Below, one piece after another: positions 12,894 through 25,813 of a stretch of 64,000 bases of DNA. The stretch comes from Octopus sinensis (Eukaryota), in NCBI RefSeq assembly GCF_006345805.1, contig NC_042999.1:4960001-5024000 (forward strand). Reading direction: 5' to 3'. The notes beneath the pieces were generated by a model that was not told where the DNA came from, did no database searches, and worked only from the letters and a program-made list of their open reading frames with translations. The position numbers and the translations under genes are program-made. The first letter of the stretch is position 1. Each line of letters starts with the position of its first letter.

Positions 12894-13306
12894 GTAAGTT
12901 AAGCTTGATTCTCATTAAACAAAATACGATGAAAGTAACTTTGTTTGTCTTAATTTGTTTATTGTATTTGATAACATAAAAAACACGTATGCATATTAGA
13001 TATGCCCCAGTTTTAGCAGCATATGTTCACGGAGGAAAATGGTTGTAGTGCATTACATTAAAGCAGTGACCCCCCCAACCAGGAGTCCACGGACCCCTAG
13101 TGGTCCACAAAGGTAGTACAGGGGGTCCATGAACTAAATTCAAAATTTCATATATACATATGTATGAGAGGGTTTGGTGTCTGGAAGACCCAAAAGGCAG
13201 GTAAGGCTATGTAAGTACTACAGAAGGACTGCTGTTAGACTCCTGGTTCAATAATAGTATGAGTGAAGAGTCTAACGCAAGTCGTGTGTGAACGTGTATA
13301 TGGTAA

Positions 13307-13756
13307 ATAAAATGAGACAACAAAGCCAAGCCAGTGTGAAATTTCTAGGACGTTTATAAAGAGAAAGGTAGTCTTAACAGCTGTTTCAGGGATATAAAAG
13401 CTATATATAGAGACAATACGAGAGAGTTAAATAGAAGGAAATAGTAGAGTTCAATATAAGTTATTTTGGAAAGGGAGAGATGTAGGAAGTATAAAGCTAA
13501 ATATGAGAATAAAAATAAATTGTATGTATTATATATTTTTATTCTTATCCTCATACTTCCCTTTGTACTTATATCTCTCTCTTTCCAAAATAACTTCCTA
13601 TATTGAACTCAACTATTTCCTTCTAGTTAACTTTCTCATATCATCTCTAATGATGAGATATCTTTTATTTCCCTGAAACAGCTGTTAAGACTACTTTACT
13701 CTTTATAAAATGTCCTAGAAATTTCACATTGCCTTGGCTTTGTTGTTTCATTTTAT
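13307..13756. repeat. About 450-bp imperfect palindrome (foldback element)
   Basis: Arms of about 210 bp; the outer about 95 bp are roughly 90 percent identical by eye; centre near 13530. Confidence 0.8.
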
Positions 13757-14014
13757 CTAACACACACACACACACTTCAAAAAGAATTTAGTAAAATATT
13801 TTTGTTATTATTAAGCTGATGTTTAAAATATAAATTAACGTGAAATTTTGATTAACGGTTTTAATTTAAATCACTTGAAAATAGGAAGTTTGTATCTTAG
13901 AATCAGAAGCGGTCTTGGACAGGTTGCTTTCAAAAGAATCAAACGGCTAATTTCTAATCTCACTTATTTTATTTCTCCTGTTGACATTACTTTCACATTT
14001 TCACATTTTTGTAG

Positions 14015-14096
14015 ACTCCTTACTCCTCCTTCACTCAACAACACACATCCCCAGCTGTATCGCGGCCCATCTCTGAACCTGAAATGATGCAAATTG
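14015..14096 (+). CDS. NUP35: NUP35 coding exon 4 (TPYSSFTQQ...EMMQI)
   Basis: ttttgtag acceptor, GTAAGA donor, phases 0/1. Confidence 0.8.
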
Positions 14097-15576
14097 GTAA
14101 GAGCAAATTTAATTATTCACAATTCATTCATGGATGGGGTTGGTCGGTCTGGGTTATAACTGGAAAAGAAAAAAAAAACACTTCCTTGTATTGTCATGCA
14201 ATGGGACTGATCTTAAAACCATTTGGTTGCAGAACAAACTTTTCACCCGGATCGTAGAGTGACCTGCTGTTCTTGAGAAGACCTATTGAGTCAAGTACGT
14301 TAACACCAACATCAAATGAAAATTGAATGGAAATAGTAGTTAAGACACCCGTGCCAGTCACATGTTAAAAGAAAAGCACCGTCCGAACGTGGCAGCGCCG
14401 CCTGACTGGCGTCCGTGTCGGTGACACGTAAAAGCACCATCCGTTCGTGGCCGTTTGCCAGTCTCCTCTGGCGCCTGTGCTGGTGGCATGTAAAAAGCAC
14501 CCACTACACTCACAGAGTGGTTGGTGTTAGGAAGGGCATCCAGCTGTAGAAACACTGCCAGATCAGACTGGGCCTGGTGCAGCCTTCTGGCTTCCCAGAC
14601 CCGATAGAACCGTCCAACCCATGCTAGCATGGAAAACGGATGTTAAACGATGATGAAAGGCAATGAATAAATTCTCAGCAAATAACAAAACCAAACAGTC
14701 GTTAAGAGAAATGAAAGCAGCTGAACCTGGTTTAGTGTGAAGGCTGCATGGAACTGCATAACCCCAAGATATGATCATTATAAACAGCGCTGGCCTAACC
14801 ACTAAGCCCTTATGAGCATGTGCTTAAGGCATCAAGGGAAGAGGACACCACAGAAATGGTAAGGGGTTTACGGCACAAAAGAAACCCCTTTCGTCATCAT
14901 TTAACGTCCGCTTAACCGGGGTCTGGGAAGCCAGGAGGCTGCACCAGGCCTTGTCTGATCTGGCAGTGTTTCTACAGCTGGTGCTCTTCCTAACGCCAAC
15001 CACTCCATGAGTGTAATGGGTGCTTTTTACATGCTACCGGCACAGGTGCCAGGCGAGGCTGGCAACGGCCACGGTTGGTGCTTTTTACATGCCACCGGCA
15101 CAGAGGCTAGTTGAGGCAGCACTGGCATTGGCCACGTTCGGATGTTTCTTTTACGTGCCACTGGCACTGGTATGACAACTACAGTTTCCATTGACTTTTG
15201 ATCGATTTCGATTTCACTTGCCTCAACAGGTCTTCGCAAGCAGAGTTTAGTGTCCCAAGAAGGAAAGGTGTGCATAAGTGGACTGGCTACATCCCAGGTA
15301 AAGGCCACGGGTTATGGTCTCACTTGTCCTGTTGCTAAAATAATGTTCTTGATGCCTTATCTTTATTAAGTATAGAAGCAGGTGTGTTACGCAAGAGTAA
15401 TTTTGAGGATCTGATCAAAGACTTTCCAATTAAAAAAGAATAGAAAACTTTTCAAATTTTGAATTCCATTTATATGTGGGGGCAGCAAATTCTTTTAAGT
15501 GCTTGGGGCCTTTATGGGTCTTAATCTGGCCCTGATTATAAGACATAAAATGATTGTTTTACTTTTATATTTCCAG

Positions 15577-15697
15577 GTGGATCATCACCATTATCGAATA
15601 CAAGCCCACTAAATGTCTCTAATATTAATCAAAGTTTCCAGCAGGTCTCCAAAATACACACATCTCCAACACAAATGGATCCCTTTTATACTCAAGG
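15577..15697 (+). CDS. NUP35: NUP35 coding exon 5 (GSSPL...SPTQMDPFYTQG)
   Basis: ttccag acceptor, GTATGT donor, phases 1/2; conserved SP.Q.DPFYTQG. Confidence 0.92.
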
Positions 15698-17857
15698 GTA
15701 TGTATTTAATTTCTACAAACATGTTAAGGGGGTGGGGGTCTTGTCCTGCAGATACCTGGTGACTTCACTAATGCTGGTGCTGTGGATAAAAGCACCAAGT
15801 ACACTCTGTGAAGTAGCTGGCATGAAAAAGGACATCCAATGTTGAAACCATGCCAAACAAAAAAATAAAGAACATTGGAGTTCAGTGCAGGCCTCTGGCG
15901 CGTCGGTTCCTGTCAAACTGTCCAACCCATGCTAGCATGGAAAAAGGGGTTTCAAATGATGATGCCATACACATTTTTCAACACGATGCCAGCGCTGCCT
16001 CGACTGGCTTCCATGCCAGTAGCACGTAAAAAGCACCAACCGAATCGTGGCCGATGCCAGTGCCACCTCGACTGGCTTCCGTGCCGGTGGCACATAAAAT
16101 ACACTTATCCGATTGTGGCCATTGCCAGCCTCGCCTGGCACCTGTGCAGGTGGCACGTAAAAAGCACCCACTACACTCACGGAGTGGTTGGCGTTTGGAA
16201 GGGCATCCAGCTGTAGAAACATTGCCAGATAAGACTGGAGACTGGTGCAGCCTTCTGGCTTCCCAGACCCCAGTTGCACTGTCAAACCCATGCCAGTATG
16301 GAGAACGGACGTTAAACGATGATGATGATGATGATTCCTGCACACATGAAAGGTGTTCACTGTGGGATTTTGTCTCAAAAAAATTTATCTCAACAGACTT
16401 TGTGTATGGAAATATATCATTCCAAGCTGCAAGTTAACTCTTTGGCATTCAGATTACTCTTATTTATTTGCATGGCTTTGAATTAATCCTGCATTATCTC
16501 GTGGCCTTCAGATTTCAACGACGAGACTGTTTAGTTTTAGGATGTCGTTGTTGGATAGATGTGAGGGGCCAGATCTCGCTGGTTTCACAGAGAATATCTG
16601 TGCTGGTGGCACGTAAAACGCACCATCCGATCGTGGCCGTTGCCAGCCTAGCCTGGCACGTAAAAAGCACCCACTACACTCACGGAGTGGTTGGCATTAG
16701 GAAAGGCATCCAGCTGTAGAAACATTGCCAGATCAGACTGGGCCTGGTGCAGCCTTCTGGCTTCCCAGATCCCCGGTCAAACCACCCAACCTGTGCTAGC
16801 AATTAATTAGGAATTAATTTAGTACAAAGTCACAGGTGTTAAAATCCATTACTTGTGTCGGTTATTAGACTGCGGTCATACCAGGGCACCACCTTGAATT
16901 TTTAGTCAAATGATTTGACCCCAGTTTTTATATTCAAACCTAGTATTTCTATCGGTCTCTTTTCTTGAACCGCTAAGTTATGGGGACACCAACACTGATT
17001 GTCAAGCAGTGGGTACAAACACAGACACAAAGATGCACACACGTAAAAAGCACCCACTACACTCACGGAGTGGTTGGCGTTAGGAAGGGCATCCAGCTGT
17101 AGAAACCTTGCCAGATCAGACTGGAGCCTGGTGCAATCTTCTTGCTTCCCAGATCCCCGGTCGAACCGTCCAACCCATGCTAGTATGGAAAGCGGACGTT
17201 AAACGATGATGATGATGATATATGAGCGTGATTGTTACCTGCGTCACCTTACTAGCACTTGTGCTGGTGACACATGAAAAAAAACATTGGAGCAGGGTCG
17301 TTGCCAGTGCCGCTGGACTGGCTCCTGTACAGGTGGCACATAAAAAGCACCATTTGAGTGTGGCCATTGCCAGTACCGCCTGACTGGCCTTCGTGCCGGT
17401 GGCACATAAAAGCATCCACTACTCTCGGAGTGGTTGGTTTTATGAAGGGCATCCAGCTGTAGAAACTCTGCCAGATCAGACTGGAGTCTGGTGCAGCCAT
17501 CTGGTTTGCCAGACCTCAGTCAAATCGTCCAACTCATGCTTGCATGGAAAGCAGACGTTAAACGGTGATGATGATATGATGGGCTTCTTTCAGGTTTTGT
17601 CTACTAAATTCACTCGCAAGGCTTTGATTGGCCTGAGGCTGTAAGTAGAAGAAACTTGCCCAAGGTGCCATGCAGTGGGACTGAACCCGGAACCATGTTG
17701 TTGAGAAGCAGGCTTCTTTTGCCACTCTTCCACATCTGAAGTTTCTATTGAAAAGTCTTTGGATTTGTATCTTGGACCAAATCCCTAATTCTTTTGGCAA
17801 GAAAGTCAAAAATTGTAACTTTGCGACTTTTAACTAATGAAATTCTTTTTCTTGCAG

Positions 17858-17911
17858 AGAATCTTTATTGGTTACTGACCAACTTGATGAAACTTGGGTT
17901 ACTATTTTCGG
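17858..17911 (+). CDS. NUP35: NUP35 coding exon 6 (ESLLVTDQLDETWVTIFG)
   Basis: ttgcag acceptor, GTAAGT donor, phases 2/2; RRM start. Confidence 0.92.
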
Positions 17912-18190
17912 GTAAGTCTCTCTTTTGATATCTTGCCTTTGTCTTGGAATAGTTTTTGTCTACATTTTTGCACATTATTTGTTGATGAAGAAACCAACAA
18001 GGGAGCCTCTACATCAGGGATTCTAAATCTTTTTTTTTTTTTTGTCCTACACCCAACTTCAATTTTAACCCCTAAAAAACATGCACCTCCAACATGAAGA
18101 AAAGTACACACGCACACACAAATTATGCAATAGGTGTACAAACGGGGTAAATTTACCTATTTCTCCATTGATTGAAAACATGCCAGACAG

Positions 18191-18684
18191 CCCTTTCGTT
18201 ACCAACCCAGCTAAAATTGCCTTTCGCTCTGTAGTACAAATGTCTTGTTTCCATAAGTTTTGAATTAAAATCTTCCCCCAAACCTTAGTCCCAATTTATG
18301 TTCCTAACACCAGCATAATGATAACTAAGTTATTTTACTAAATTCTTTGATTTAAGATTAATTTTTTAAATTTAAATTTAAGATTAATTGCAAGAAACAC
18401 AGAGCATCTCAACAGAAATATGGTAGCAAAAGGGTTAAAGTTACCATGATATTTTAAACTCTTTTGATACCAACCTGGCTGAAACCACCTCTGGCTCTGT
18501 AGTACAAATGTCTTGTTTTCATAAGTTTTGAATTAAAATCTTCCACCAAACCTTAGTCACGATTTATGTTGCTAACACTAGCTTAATGATAACTAAGTTA
18601 TTTTACTAAATTCTTTGTTACATTTAAAATTAATTGGAAGAAACACAGAGCATCTTAAAATAAATAGAGTAACGAAAGGGTTAA
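18191..18684. mobile_element. Two adjacent piggyBac-type MITEs (family 1)
   Basis: TTAA-CCCTTT...AAAGGG-TTAA type ends; same body as the 42733-44254 array; 15-bp spacer. Confidence 0.75.
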
Positions 18685-18769
18685 TTGATTTTCAAACTTT
18701 GTGTTCTCATCAGAGGTGTTGACATCACTTGACCAGTTCCACAAAAACAAGCAACCAGTCTGTTTATAT

Positions 18770-18821
<52 letters not shown>

Positions 18822-19439
18822 TTCTTTCTTTATTGCCCACAAGGGGTTAGACATAGAGGGGACAAACAAGGACAAACTAAGGGATTAAGTTGATTACATC
18901 GACCCCAGTGCGAAACTGGTACTTTATTTATTGACCCCGAAAGGATGAAAGGCAAAGTTGACTTCGGCGGAATTTGAACTCAGAACGTAACGATATATAT
19001 GCGCTTGTTTAGAGCCAATGCCTCTCAATGCCCTCGTAGAAGCTCCTATGTTTCTTGTCAGCTGCCATCTGTTGTTCCTGTCTTCCAGAGTCATCCTGTA
19101 GAACGGTTATCTTTGCAGAATTCCTTACAACTTGGGATCAATATAGTAACAACAAAAATGGCTTGGGGGTGGGAACCATAGGATATCATTAGACATTATT
19201 TATAATATCTATAAATCTTGAGCATACCCATGGAATAGAGGCATGCTCAAGATTCATAGATATTATAAATATTTAATAATATCCTCACAAATGAATATGT
19301 GGTATATAGTAACATATTGCAATAAAATGCAAAAATTTCCTTCCACAAGTCATTTTCATTATTACTATATGTATCATCATCATTTAATGACCACCTTCCA
19401 TGCTAACGTAGGCAGGACGTGTGTACATATATACATATA

Positions 19440-19640
19440 TATAGATGCCATGATAGATCGTTAGCTACTACACACATTTTTTCTCTCCTTGTTTTTTCTG
19501 TGTCTCTTTCTGTCGAAGAGCGTAGGCTCGAAACGTAAAAGACTTTTTCTATTCCTGAACATTATACTAATACATCTGTTTGTTTTATACACCACCTGTC
19601 TTTATCTTTGTTTTTTTCGTAATCTCTCCCTATATATATA
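19440..19640 (+). mobile_element. Penelope-like terminal-repeat remnant with hammerhead-like motif at 19505-19542
   Basis: TCTTT-CTGTCGA-A-GAGC(GTAG)GCTC-GAAA-CGTA-AAAGA, TA-flanked. Confidence 0.55.
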
Positions 19641-19700
19641 TATAATAGAAATATTAAAATTACTAAGTCTCTCTAAAGGAGATTACGGCAGCGTTACTGG

Positions 19701-20031
19701 ATATTAATAGTTATCGCCATACTAATATGGCAGTCTAAATATAAGACTAAAGCTGTTGCTGATTAGCTCCAAGAGGCCACCGCCTCTAGCTAGCTATATG
19801 ACACAAACCTGCGTCCACTACAACCTTCGAACAGGGGAAGTCAGCCGCTTCACCTTGCTAATCAGATATCTGCAGACATGTTTGAGGGTTGTTGCCCTTT
19901 ATCAATGCAGCGTAGTCAGGTTCGTGTGTCATATAGCTAGCTAGAGGCGATGGCCTCTTGGAGCTAATCAGCGACAGCTTTAGTCTTATATTTATAGACT
20001 GCCATATTAGTATGGCGATAACTATTAATAT
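19701..20031. mobile_element. MITE with about 110-bp near-perfect TIRs, superfamily unclear
   Basis: ATATTAATAGTTATCGCC...GGCGATAACTATTAATAT; right end abuts (TA)n. Confidence 0.8.
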
Positions 20032-20171
20032 ATATATATATATATATATATATAATAAATGATAATGGGTTATGGGTTCCTTCTGACATGGATTCAGCTG
20101 TGAAGAAGAGACTCACATTTAAAAATGATTTCTTTCCGTCTGGTTATTTAGAATTTTCCTTTTCTCCTCAG

Positions 20172-20241
20172 CTTCAATTCAGCTGCTGCATCTTATATCC
20201 TTGACCAGTTCTCACAATATGGAAACATTTTACAACATGTG
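20172..20241 (+). CDS. NUP35: NUP35 coding exon 7 (FNSAAASYILDQFSQYGNILQHV)
   Basis: ctcctcag acceptor, GTATGT donor, phases 2/0; RRM. Confidence 0.93.
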
Positions 20242-20523
20242 GTATGTACTCCATTCTTGCTTTCTCTGTCAGATTGTGTGTGTGTATGTGTGTGTGAGGA
20301 GGATATTTTGTAAATAAAAATAACCCTGAGATCTTCCCTGGGATAATTTCAATATAGAGGGGCGAGCATGGCTGTTTTAAGAGGTTTACATCTTAACGAC
20401 ACAGCTATTTCAGTTTTTAGTTTTGTCCGACAGTGTGGCTCTTTTTGCCAAGTGTCTTCTGTTGTAGCTCTGGACTAACCAAAGCCTTGGGAGTGGATTT
20501 GATAGGTGCAATCTAAAAGAAGC

Positions 20524-20577
<54 letters not shown>

Positions 20578-22748
20578 CGCAGGAGTGGCTGTGTGGTAAG
20601 TAGCTTGCTAACCAACCACATGTTTCCGGGTTCAGTCCCACTGCGTGGCACCTTGGGCAAGTGTCTTCTACTATAGCCTCGAGCCGACCAAAGCCTTGTG
20701 AGTGGATTTGGTAGACGGAAACTGAAAGAAGCCTATCGTATATATGTATATGTGTGCGTGTGTCTGTGTTCGTCCCCCTAGCATTGCTTGACAACCGATG
20801 CTGGTGTGTTTACGTCTCCGTCACTTAGCGGTGCGGCAAAAAGAAACCGATAGAATAAGTACTGGGCTTACAAAAGAATAAGTCCCGGGGTTGATTTTCT
20901 CGATTAAAGGCGGTGCTCCAGCATAGCCGCAGTCAAATGACTGAAACAAGTAAAAGAGTATATATATTATATATATATATATATCATCGTTTAACGTCCG
21001 TTTTCCATGCTAGCATAGGTTGGACGGTTCAACTGGGGTCTGGGAAACCAGGAGGCTACACCAGGCTCCAGTCTGATCTGGCAGTGTTTCTACAGCTGGA
21101 TGCCCTTCCTAATGCCAACCACTCCTTGAGTGTGGTGGGTGCTTTTTATGTGTCACCGCCGTCCTGGCATGTAAGAATGTATATAAAATATAATGTGGGT
21201 GTATGTTTGTCTCATTGTGTTGATGTCACACATGCTGTGATAATTATGAACAAATGTTGCTATCCAACCTTCCATGGAAGGCATGTCCAACCATGGAGAA
21301 ATATTACCTTTCTAGTAACAGAAAGGGCATCTGGCTATAGAAAATCTGCCTTAGTGAATTCTGTCTGGTCTGTGCAGGAATGGGGAAATGGATGTGAAAC
21401 AAATGATAGTGTTTTGACATTGTTTAAATGCTTAATATAAAACCATGTCACAACTTAAGCCATGATGTCGTTTGTGCTTTGTATGAGACATGTCAAGTCA
21501 TTCAGAAGTTTGTTAGATGAAAGACCAGGGAGATAATAAATACATGGTTATCACCATTTAATGCCCACTTTTCCTTGTCTGCATGCACGAGATGGAATTT
21601 AATGAGGCAGGTTAACAGGAAAGGCATCCTGCTGTACAAGATGTGCCTCAACAAAATGAACATTAAATGACTCTATTTACTTGCTCAGCGATGGTGGGAT
21701 TCCAGATGAGATGAACGTGTGCGGCAAGCCTCACTTCATATCCCATTGTCACTCTTTGTTTCTTCTCTGCTGGCAGGGGAAGACTATACCTGACAGGTGG
21801 AAACACTCCAATACTGTCACAGACTACAAGCACGAGGGAAACCATACAGAGTTTGGCAACAGCAGAGGAATCTCTCATCCAGATAATACCGGAAAGATCA
21901 TCATCATCGTTTAACCTTCGCTTTCCATGCTAGCATGGGTTGAACGATTTGACTGAGGACTGGCAAACCAGATGGCTGCACCAGGCTCCAATCTGATCTG
22001 GCAGAGTTTCTACAGCTGGATGCCCTTCCTAACGCCAACCACTCCGAGAATGTAGTGGGTGCTTATAAAGTGCCACCGGCACGAGGGCTAGTCTGGCGGT
22101 ACTGGCAATGGCCACACTCGAAAATGGTGTTTTTTACGTGCCACCTGCACAGGAGTCAGTCCAGCAGCACTGGCAACAACCTCGCTCGAATGTTTTGTTC
22201 ACGTGTCACCGGCACAAGTGCCAGTGAGGTGACGCTGACAACGATTCCCCTCAGTCTTCCACTGTTGTCAACCTGGTCATGCCTTAAGTCCCTGGTGGAT
22301 TTTGACCAGAAAGAAGTATTTCTCACCTGATATTTGTGACCCATCTTCTTGAAAAGTGTCATGAACTGCTGAGAGGGACATAGGTTACACCTTCATCAAT
22401 TTAACAAAGACATTTGACACAGTCCACCATCCTATGTTGTGGTGATTCACAAGTTGGCTGTCCACCAACATTACTCTCAAAATGACTATGTTGATGATGA
22501 TGATGATAACTGTACAGAATATGTGTTGTGTAATTAAAGATTGATGTTGATTACTTTATGTTTTGATAATGAATTTGGTCAGAAAGTTCTTCTAACAATT
22601 TTCAGCGTAGAGAATCCGTAATGTTATTGAAGTGGAGAAAAGATATGTTCTTTACCAGCTGCTGTTTTAGTTATTATCTCCCCCCCCCATTGCTGTTTAT
22701 TTCTAAATTTATATCTTTATTTATTTTTTTTTTCTTGTTTTGTTGCAG

Positions 22749-22877
22749 ATATCTTCAGATGGCAATTGGATGCATATACAATATCAATCCAAATTACAAG
22801 CTAAAAAGGCTCTCAGCAAGAATGGCAAAATATTTGGTGATAGTATTATGTTGGGAGTTACACCTTGCATTGATAAG
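22749..22877 (+). CDS. NUP35: NUP35 coding exon 8 ([12 protein letters not shown]...TPCIDK)
   Basis: ttgcag acceptor, GTAATC donor, phases 0/0; RRM core. Confidence 0.95.
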
Positions 22878-24293
22878 GTAATCCCCCACTTCTCTTACTT
22901 ATATCTTGACTTTAAAACCAGGGTGTTACTTGTCACATGATGGGTAAATTAGGAAGTATGCTTTTACCCCATAGCTTATATCAAGAAATTTGGCAAACAT
23001 ACCTTTACTCTCTCTCTCTTTTACTCTTTTACTTGTTTCAGTCATTTGACTGCGGCCATGCTGGAGCACCGCCTTTAGTCGAGCAAATCGACCCCGGGAC
23101 TTATTCTATCGGTCTCTTTGCCGAACCGCTAAGTGACGGGGACGTAAATACACCAGCATCGGTGTCAGGCAATGCTAGGGGGACAAACCAGACACACAAA
23201 CACACACACATATATATATATACATATATACGACAGGCTTCTTCAGTTTCCGTCTACCAATCCACTCACAAGGCATTGGTCGGCCCGGGCTATAGCAGAA
23301 GACACTTGCCCAAGATGCACGCAGTGGGACTGACCCAGAACCATGTGTTGGTTAGCAAGCTACTTACCACACAGCCACTCCTGCGCCTAATACAATGATT
23401 ATAATTTAACTTTGTTTTTGTTTTTGGTTTGTAAGATTCTCGATTTGAATTTGTAGCCCTTGAGGCGAAAGGGCAGTTATTGAGAAGGTTGCAAACAGCA
23501 CTGAGAGGTCTTTCATTAACAAACCAACCAACCAAGCAGCACATTAAACGAATGATTGATTAGTTAATCTGTTAGATGTTTAACCAAATGACTAACAGTA
23601 AAGAAGTGATATAGAACCAGTGCATGTGTTATTATTGGTGAAATGACCTTCTCAGACGCAAGATATGATTTAACTATTATCTGATTTCGTGGTGCTTATA
23701 CAAAATAACATCAATGGAAATCGTAGCTGTGATACCAGTGCCGGTGGCACATAAGAGAACCTTCCGAACGTGACCGTTCCCAGTGCCACCCCGACTGGCC
23801 TCCTTGCCAGTGGCACGTAAAAAGCACCGTCCAATTGTGGCCGTTGCCAGCCTCGCCTAGCCTCCGTGCTGGTGGCCGTTTGTCAGCCTCGTCTGGCACG
23901 TAAAAAGCACCCACTACACTCATGGAGTGGTTGGCATTAGGAAGGGCATCCAGCCGTAGAAACATTGCCAGATCAGACTGGCCTGGTGCAGCCTCCTGGC
24001 TTCCCAGACCCCAGTTGAACCGTCCAACCCATGCCAACATGGAATGCGGACGCTAAACGATGATGATGATGAAATGAAAACTAATTTAGAAAGGAAAACA
24101 TTACCTTCAGATAAAATTAAATAAAAATTTCTCATTTGCATAACTGTCATTTACTCCAATTCACCCTTCTCCTCCTCCTCCTCCTCCTCTGTGAGTCTTT
24201 CTTTCTTGTGTGTTGTGCCCTTCACTTTGCCTACCAGGGCTGTGGAGTCAAAACAAAAAAATTTCGATCTGACCCTGACTCATCTTTATGTAA

Positions 24294-24671
24294 TCTTTAT
24301 ATATAAAAGTGAAGTTGTGTGTCTGTCTCCTACGATTTAGATTCCTAACTATCCCACATTTTGCAGTGCAGTTTAACCAAAACGGGTATCTTATAGTCGT
24401 GATTCATATTGAGCCCTTCTGGGTATTAGCGCGCATCTACGATGAGTCTACGAGATTAAAAAGAAATTTACCATCATTTTTTTTCCATTTTAATGCATTT
24501 TTCGCTATTTATAAGGAAGTAACTCTCTAAAATGTCTAGAATGAGTCAACGATAAAAAAAAATTTACCATCATTTTTTTCCCATTTTTTTGCTATTTTTT
24601 GGCTATAACTCCTAAAAATGCTCTATAGTTATTTCCTTACAAACCCCAGCAACGCCGGGCGATACTGCTAG
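24294..24671 (+). mobile_element. Non-autonomous Helitron
   Basis: A|TC...CCCAGCAACGCCGGG hairpin...CTAG|T; second copy at 41313-41694 (-). Confidence 0.8.
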
Positions 24672-25051
24672 TTATCTCATAAAGCATATGCATACGCTTG
24701 TACTTTGAGAAGGCCTATATGTTATAACTAGTTTATATTAAAGAATAAAGATGTTGTGAGTCGGAATCAGAGTCAGTATAGTTTCACCCTCTCTGACTCC
24801 AGCTACCCCTTAATTGTTTCTGACTCCACGACTGCCACCAAGCTTATGTATGAGACGAAGACAGGAGAATAGAATCTCATTTGAATGATTCATTGGTCAG
24901 GCATTAGAAAAAATCTCAAGTTGTTAAAACACACCAAAATATTTTCAGATTTGCAAAATCCTCTCTCTTGAAGCAGAATAGCAATTTTTTTTTAATGTAA
25001 TTGGTTTTTGCAGTAATTATTTTCTAATTATTTATTTTACTTTGTTCACAG

Positions 25052-25260
25052 AATCTCATGGAATCTAACAAAGAAAATATACATATCCATAGCATTCTAT
25101 CGGCGCCATCCAATATCTACCATTCCACACCGATGTCTTCCAAGATCCAAAGCCATTCTCTATTACCCACGTGATTGGAACCCCTAACTCTCTCTCAACA
25201 GGTGTAAGACCAATTAATACACCAAAGTCTTTGCAAAAAAGACCATTGAATGAAAGCGAG
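25052..25260 (+). CDS. NUP35: NUP35 coding exon 9 (NLMESNKEN...LLP/HVIGTPNS...NESE), 209 nt, apparent 1-nt deletion
   Basis: Strong ttcacag acceptor and GAG|GTAACT donor. Both neighbours need phase 0 but the length is 3n+2, and the entry frame stops at 25172. Confidence 0.75.
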
Positions 25261-25782
25261 GTAACTTTGTTCTCCATTCTAAATTTGTTTGATTTCAAGC
25301 AGAGGTTCTCAGCCTTTTTTTTTGCTATTGACCCCATCGGTTCTTTTTTGTATTCAGTTGGACCCTCATAACCATTCAATGCTTTAAAAATCCTATAATA
25401 TTTTCATAATTGAATATTTATCAGGAATCGTATAAAAAGATTAAAATATTTTGTGTATTGCAGAAATATAAGCAAATTCTTGCACATAAATTTATGACAG
25501 CAAAATCTTATAGTGACCTCAAAAGGGTCGTATGGGTCCTGGTAGAGAGCCACTTCACTGGATTTAGTTTCCAACCATGTAGTTTTGAGTTCAGTCCCAC
25601 TGCTTGGCACTTTGAGCGAATGTCTTCTACTATAGTCCAGAGCGGCATTTCTCAACTATTTTACTCTTGCGTAATGCTTAAAATAAATTATGTCTCAAGG
25701 AACCTCTGCACACAAAAAAAAATTATATACAATATTTTTCCATTGTAGTTCATGTAGTAAATATTTTGTGTGTGTGTGTGTG

Positions 25783-25811
<29 letters not shown>

Positions 25812-25813
<2 letters not shown>

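Noticed and set aside
18690-18725. Minus-strand CTGATGA-GAAC(5)GTTT-GAAA motif
   Set aside because: Stems I and III do not pair; it straddles a MITE edge.
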